A program made the position numbers and the translations under genes. This document shows positions 60,409-64,000 of a DNA stretch of 64,000 nucleotides, one piece after another. The stretch is from Acidimicrobiaceae bacterium (lineage in GTDB: Bacteria > Actinomycetota > Acidimicrobiia > Acidimicrobiales > Aldehydirespiratoraceae). Under the pieces are notes generated by a model. It was given only the letters and a program-made list of their open reading frames with translations, was not told the DNA's origin and searched no databases. Each line of letters opens with the position of its first letter. Positions within the stretch are counted from its first letter, which is position 1. Location: the NCBI GenBank assembly GCA_009844405.1, contig VYBO01000003.1, positions 11,214-75,213 on the forward strand, read 5' to 3'.

Positions 60409-61564
60409 CCGTGTCGCCATCGCCACCTACTCGGTGAGGCCCCGGGGCGGGGCGGTGCACAGCGTGGAGCTGGCCGAGGCCCTGGCCGCGGAGGGCGTCG
60501 ACGTGACGCTGGTCGCCTTGGGCGACCCGGCCGAGGGGTTCTTCCGGCCCACTTCAGTGCCGGTGCACATCGTCGAGGCGCCGACCCGGGCGGGCACCCT
60601 GACCGAGCGGGTGTTCTCCCACATCGATGCTCTCGAATCGGGCCTCGGCGCCGACCTCGCGGACCGTTTCGACATCGTGCACACCCAGGACTGCATCTCG
60701 GCCCGAGCCGCGGCCCGGGTCCGCGACCGGGGAGCCGGGTTCCGGCTGTTCCGCACGGTCCACCACATAGACGACTTCACCACCCCGGCGCTGATCGAGT
60801 GTCAGGACGCGGCCATCACCGAGCCGGACCGGGTGCTGGTGGTGAGCGAGCCGTGGCGGAGGCGCCTGCTCGACGACTACGGCGTGAAGGCGGCGGTGGT
60901 CACCAACGGCGTGCGCGTCGAGCGGTTCGCGGGTGCGGCGCAGTCGCCGGAGGAGCGCGACGCCCTGCGGTCGAGGATCGACGCCGGCGAACGCCACCTG
61001 TACCTGACGGTGGGAGGCGTCGAGCCCCGCAAGGGCTCGCGCTACCTGGTCGAGGCGCTGGGCCTGCTGAAGGCCATGCCGGGCCCGAGCCCGATGCTGG
61101 CCGTGGTGGGCGGCCACTCCTTCCAGGACTACCAGGCCTACCGGGACGAGGTGCTGGGGTCGCTGGACTCCCACGGCTTGCGCCTCGGAGACGACGTGGT
61201 GCTGGTGGGCACGGTGCCCGACACGGAGCTGCCCGGCTGGTTCGGCGCCGCCGACAGTTTCGTGTTCCCGTCGATCAGCGAGGGCTGGGGCCTGGTCGTG
61301 CTGGAGGCTCTGGCCGCCGGGCTGCCGGTGGTCGCCTCCGACATCGAGGTCTTCCGGGAGTTCCTGACCCATGATGTCGACGCGGTGCTGACCGGGGCGG
61401 CCGACCCCTCGTCGCTGGCGGCCGGCATGGCCCGGGTGCGAGACGACCCTGAGCTGGTCCGCCGGCTGGGATCCGCTGGAGCCGCTACGGCGGACCGCTA
61501 CTCGTGGACCAGCACCGCCCGACGCCACCTGGAGATCTACGCCGAGGTTTACGCCGGGGCCTGA
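60395..61564 (+). CDS. GT4-family glycosyltransferase (MSMEG_0565-like)
   Basis: 389 aa. N-terminus VAIATYSVRPRGGAVHSVELAEAL and EX7E region FPSISEGWGLVVLEALAAGLPVV. Confidence 0.85.
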   Translation: MTLTARVAIATYSVRPRGGAVHSVELAEALAAEGVDVTLVALGDPAEGFFRPTSVPVHIVEAPTRAGTLTERVFSHIDALESGLGADLADRFDIVHTQDCISARAAARVRDRGAGFRLFRTVHHIDDFTTPALIECQDAAITEPDRVLVVSEPWRRRLLDDYGVKAAVVTNGVRVERFAGAAQSPEERDALRSRIDAGERHLYLTVGGVEPRKGSRYLVEALGLLKAMPGPSPMLAVVGGHSFQDYQAYRDEVLGSLDSHGLRLGDDVVLVGTVPDTELPGWFGAADSFVFPSISEGWGLVVLEALAAGLPVVASDIEVFREFLTHDVDAVLTGAADPSSLAAGMARVRDDPELVRRLGSAGAATADRYSWTSTARRHLEIYAEVYAGA

Positions 61565-62271
61565 GTCCCCGAGGACTCCCCCGCCCGGCCCGGCCGCGAC
61601 AGCAGCGTGCCGGTGACCAGGGCCAGCGTCGCCCAGGCCGCGGCCAGGCCTCCCAGCGAGGCGAGGCGGAACCGCCACACGAGGTCGGCGGGCGCGTCGA
61701 TGGCATCGGGGTTCCCGGGCAGGGCCAGGAAGATCACGAGGAGCCCCGCGCCGTAGAGCGCGGCCGTCGCCCAGGCCTTGGCCACCGGAGACAGGGAGAC
61801 CCCTAGATGGAACCGCCACACGGCCCAGGTGAGCAGGATCGAAAGACCCAGCACGGCGAAGTACAAGACGGTGCGCTCGTTGACGGTGTCGGGGTCGCCG
61901 ACGGCCGGCGGGTTGGCCGGATACTTCAGGAACGGCACCAGGACCACGGCCACGAACCCGAAGAACCCGAGTCGGATAGAGGCGGTCAGAGGGGTGGACG
62001 CGACCAGCCGGGGTCCGACCGCGGCGAGCACGACCGCGAAGATGACGCCCAGGGCCAAGCCGAACACGATCAGCCCGATCGCTCCGCCGATCTCCTGCAC
62101 TCCCCGGCTGAAGAGGTCATCGTGATGGGCCCCGCTGGTGCCGTGGCTGATGCTGTCCTCGAGGGCGATGGCGTCGCGTATCGGCCCCCGGCCGGCGGTC
62201 GCCGCGAACAGCGCCGCCGCGGCGCCCGCGGCCAGCCCGGCCAGGCAGCCGATCCCCAGGATCCGCTTCAT
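61549..62271 (-). CDS. cbtA: CbtA-family putative cobalt transporter subunit
   Basis: 240 aa from ATG 62271. Multi-TM, with FLKYPANPPAVGDPDT, which is characteristic of CbtA. Confidence 0.75.
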   Translation of the reverse strand: MKRILGIGCLAGLAAGAAAALFAATAGRGPIRDAIALEDSISHGTSGAHHDDLFSRGVQEIGGAIGLIVFGLALGVIFAVVLAAVGPRLVASTPLTASIRLGFFGFVAVVLVPFLKYPANPPAVGDPDTVNERTVLYFAVLGLSILLTWAVWRFHLGVSLSPVAKAWATAALYGAGLLVIFLALPGNPDAIDAPADLVWRFRLASLGGLAAAWATLALVTGTLLSRPGRAGESSGTQAPA

Positions 62272-62287
62272 GCGGCCGGTGGAGTGC

Positions 62288-62494
62288 TCAGTGGCAGGGG
62301 ACGCCCGCGAAGTGGCGGCCGTCGTGGAAGAACTCGTGGAGGGTCTCGGCGACATGGCTGAGCACGACGCCGTTCTCGAGCATCACGAAGTACGAGACCA
62401 CCGCGGCCAGCGCGACCAGGGCCCAGGCCCAGATCGGAATGTCGATCTCGGCGATGGCGGGGGCGGATGGCGCTGGGAGGGCACGCGATTCCAT
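62288..62494 (-). CDS. cbtB: CbtB-family putative cobalt transporter subunit
   Basis: 68 aa from ATG 62494. One TM helix and the C-terminal HEFFHDGRHFAGVPCH motif. Confidence 0.75.
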   Translation of the reverse strand: MESRALPAPSAPAIAEIDIPIWAWALVALAAVVSYFVMLENGVVLSHVAETLHEFFHDGRHFAGVPCH

Positions 62495-62658
62495 GGGTGC
62501 AGTGTGGCACACGAGCCGCTCCGGCACCATCCCCCGCTCGTCCGCCGCGGCCGGAGGACCCCGGCCGGTGATCGCATGCCCGCGGATGGTTCGACTCGAC
62601 CGCAGGCGGTACGCCCGGAGCGGGCCTGGCCGAGTGACGCCGACTACTCTCGCACGCC

Positions 62659-64000
62659 GTGAGCCCCGACTCCGGCACCGTGCAGAGCGCAACCAGCGAC
62701 TCGATGCAGGTCACCGAGCGGAACCTGAGGCTGTCGAGACGCGAGCGCCGGACAGTCATCAACGATGCTCTGAGGACGCTGCAAGAACGGGCCCCGCTCG
62801 CCAGCGACGGCAGGTGGCTGGAGGACTTGACCGCCCAGATTGCCCCTCTGCTGGCTGACTGGGACGTCGAAGCGTGCTACCAGTGGGCCGACTGGCCCGA
62901 GCGCCGGCACTTCTTCCCGGACACGACCAACCAGGACATCGGCATCGACCTTGTGGCCGTGCGGCGCTCCGACGGTCGACCCATCGCGATCCAGTGCAAG
63001 GCTCGGAGGCTCGATCCCGACGGAACCGGGCCGGAGATCGGCAAGAACGAGATCGCCAAGTTCTCCGCGGTCGCCGCGAACGACCTCTTCGCCGAGCGGT
63101 GGCTGGTGACCAACGGCGCGGCGCCGCTCAACGAGACGGCTCTGAGCGCCGTCAAGGTTGGCGGCAGGCCGATCAAGCTCGTCAACCTGGCCGCCGACAC
63201 GGCGGCGCAGGCTGCGAGCGACGCCGGCGAGGACGACGTGGACTGCCCGCACTGCCGCGACGGCGACGCCATCCAGACCCGATCGTGCATGCAGCGCGAG
63301 GCGGTCGAGCGCAGCGTCCACCTCCTGCGCGAGCACGCCGAGTCTGACTCGGGCGGCCTGCCCCGGGGCCAGGCGAGGGGCAGGATCATCCTCCCGTGCG
63401 GGTCCGGCAAGTCCCGCGTGGCGCTGAGGATCGTCGAGCGCCTGACCGGGGCCGGCAAGCTGTCGGTGGTGCTGTGCCCGTCGATTGCTCTGGTGGCGCA
63501 GCTGCGGCGAGAGTTCCTTCAGCACGCTGATCGGGAGATGCGGGCGCTGGCAGTGTGCTCGGACCGGACCGCGGGCTACGACCCGTCCAAGGAGGGCCAG
63601 CAGAGTCGCTCTCTCGATCCGACGCAAGACACAAGCAATGTCAGCGCCTCCGAGGTGAAGGGCATGGTCACGACCGGCGCCGAGGAGATCGCCGGCTGGA
63701 TCGTCGCGGGCGGCGACGACGAGCGGATCAGCGTGATCTTCGGCACCTACCAGAGCGCCGGCCGCGTCGCTGAGGCACTGAAGATCGCCGGCACGCCGGT
63801 CGAGGTCCTGGTGTGCGACGAGGCGCACCGCACCGCCGCGCTGCAACGCCGCAGAGCGTCAGCCGAACAGACCCGTGTCAAGGAGTTCACGCTCTGCCAC
63901 GACCAGGACGCGTTCGATGCCCGCTACCGCGTGTACCAGACGGCCACGCCGCGCATCTACAACCATGCGGCCTCCAGGAGGCGGGTGGACCCGTCGGAGT
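62659..64000 (+). CDS. Mrr-like PD-(D/E)xK nuclease fused to an SF2 (DEAH) helicase, N-terminal part (the gene runs off the right window edge; not in the ORF track)
   Basis: Own translation (GTG 62659 or ATG 62704): ...DIGIDLVAVRRSDGRPIAIQCKARR (Mrr-type core), ILPCGSGKS (motif I), LVCDEAH (motif II), YQTATPRIY (motif III). Confidence 0.8.
   Translation, partial: MSPDSGTVQSATSDSMQVTERNLRLSRRERRTVINDALRTLQERAPLASDGRWLEDLTAQIAPLLADWDVEACYQWADWPERRHFFPDTTNQDIGIDLVAVRRSDGRPIAIQCKARRLDPDGTGPEIGKNEIAKFSAVAANDLFAERWLVTNGAAPLNETALSAVKVGGRPIKLVNLAADTAAQAASDAGEDDVDCPHCRDGDAIQTRSCMQREAVERSVHLLREHAESDSGGLPRGQARGRIILPCGSGKSRVALRIVERLTGAGKLSVVLCPSIALVAQLRREFLQHADREMRALAVCSDRTAGYDPSKEGQQSRSLDPTQDTSNVSASEVKGMVTTGAEEIAGWIVAGGDDERISVIFGTYQSAGRVAEALKIAGTPVEVLVCDEAHRTAALQRRRASAEQTRVKEFTLCHDQDAFDARYRVYQTATPRIYNHAASRRRVDPSE

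Noticed and set aside
62581-62605. tRNA-like T-arm string GGTTCGACTCGACC
   Set aside because: The flanking bases cannot form a T-stem or an acceptor stem, and no other tRNA features are present. I found no tRNA or rRNA anywhere in the window.
62495-62703. Possible cobalamin riboswitch upstream of cbtB
   Set aside because: CbtAB genes are often B12-riboswitch controlled, so I read both strands. I found only fragments (GGTGCC, CCACACTG, a loose GCCCGGAGCGGGCCTGGCC). I found no ordered GGGAA...GGTG...CCCGC...ACTG core followed by a B12 box in the correct orientation. It needs a covariance-model scan before any claim.
62644-63846. 400-aa minus-strand ORF at the right end
   Set aside because: It is antisense to the plus-strand reading that carries Mrr and helicase motifs I-III. 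The plus-strand gene is missing from the track only because it has no stop within the window.

Overview
High-GC bacterial chromosomal segment. Single 60-nt lines counted by hand give about 70-77% G+C in core genes. The gene content looks actinobacterial, but the taxon cannot be determined from the window alone. I support about 60 protein genes. I saw no rRNA, tRNA, CRISPR array, transposase or integrase. Two points about the ORF track: it prints alternative starts (GTG/TTG) as M, and it omits ORFs that are open at the window edges. I translated two such genes myself: an rmuC fragment at 1..564 (-) and an Mrr-like nuclease/SF2 helicase at 62659..64000 (+). Layout: (1) 0.6-31.4 kb holds housekeeping and catabolic genes: folD, a serA-like gene coupled to DUF1015, an aminotransferase plus FAD oxidoreductase, VapBC, an SLH-RCC1-HExxH surface protein, a CoA-transferase and acyl-CoA dehydrogenases, a P450/ferredoxin/ALDH/P450/GS-like/ADH cluster, GntR plus a Liv-type ABC transporter, thrH and a VOC protein. 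(2) 31.4-39.0 kb is a lower-GC island. It carries a translationally coupled DUF4143-type AAA ATPase and a 1414-aa NACHT-like NTPase with a C-terminal PD-(D/E)xK-like motif. This pair is my best candidate for an undescribed defence module. It is followed by a decayed type II R-M locus: a frameshifted BamHI/BglII-like endonuclease and an intact HTH-fused MT-A70 methyltransferase. (3) 40.2-62.5 kb is an expanded Nit1C / MSMEG_0565-0572-like cluster. A cobalt-type nitrile hydratase (beta, alpha, His-rich accessory) occupies the position normally held by the nitrilase. AllF/G/H-like genes, carbamate kinase, phosphosulfolactate synthase, two fumarate-lyase-family enzymes and CbtAB are interleaved with it. 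Small-scale signals: a family of long hairpin repeats (GAATTGGCAGC...GCTGCCAATTC), a 44-nt intergenic repeat, an 18-bp x3 tandem repeat in an AT-rich gap, and four places where an overlapping stop/start junction has been tandemly duplicated, leaving relic mini-ORFs. All family assignments come from motif recognition by eye and from memory. No database search was possible.
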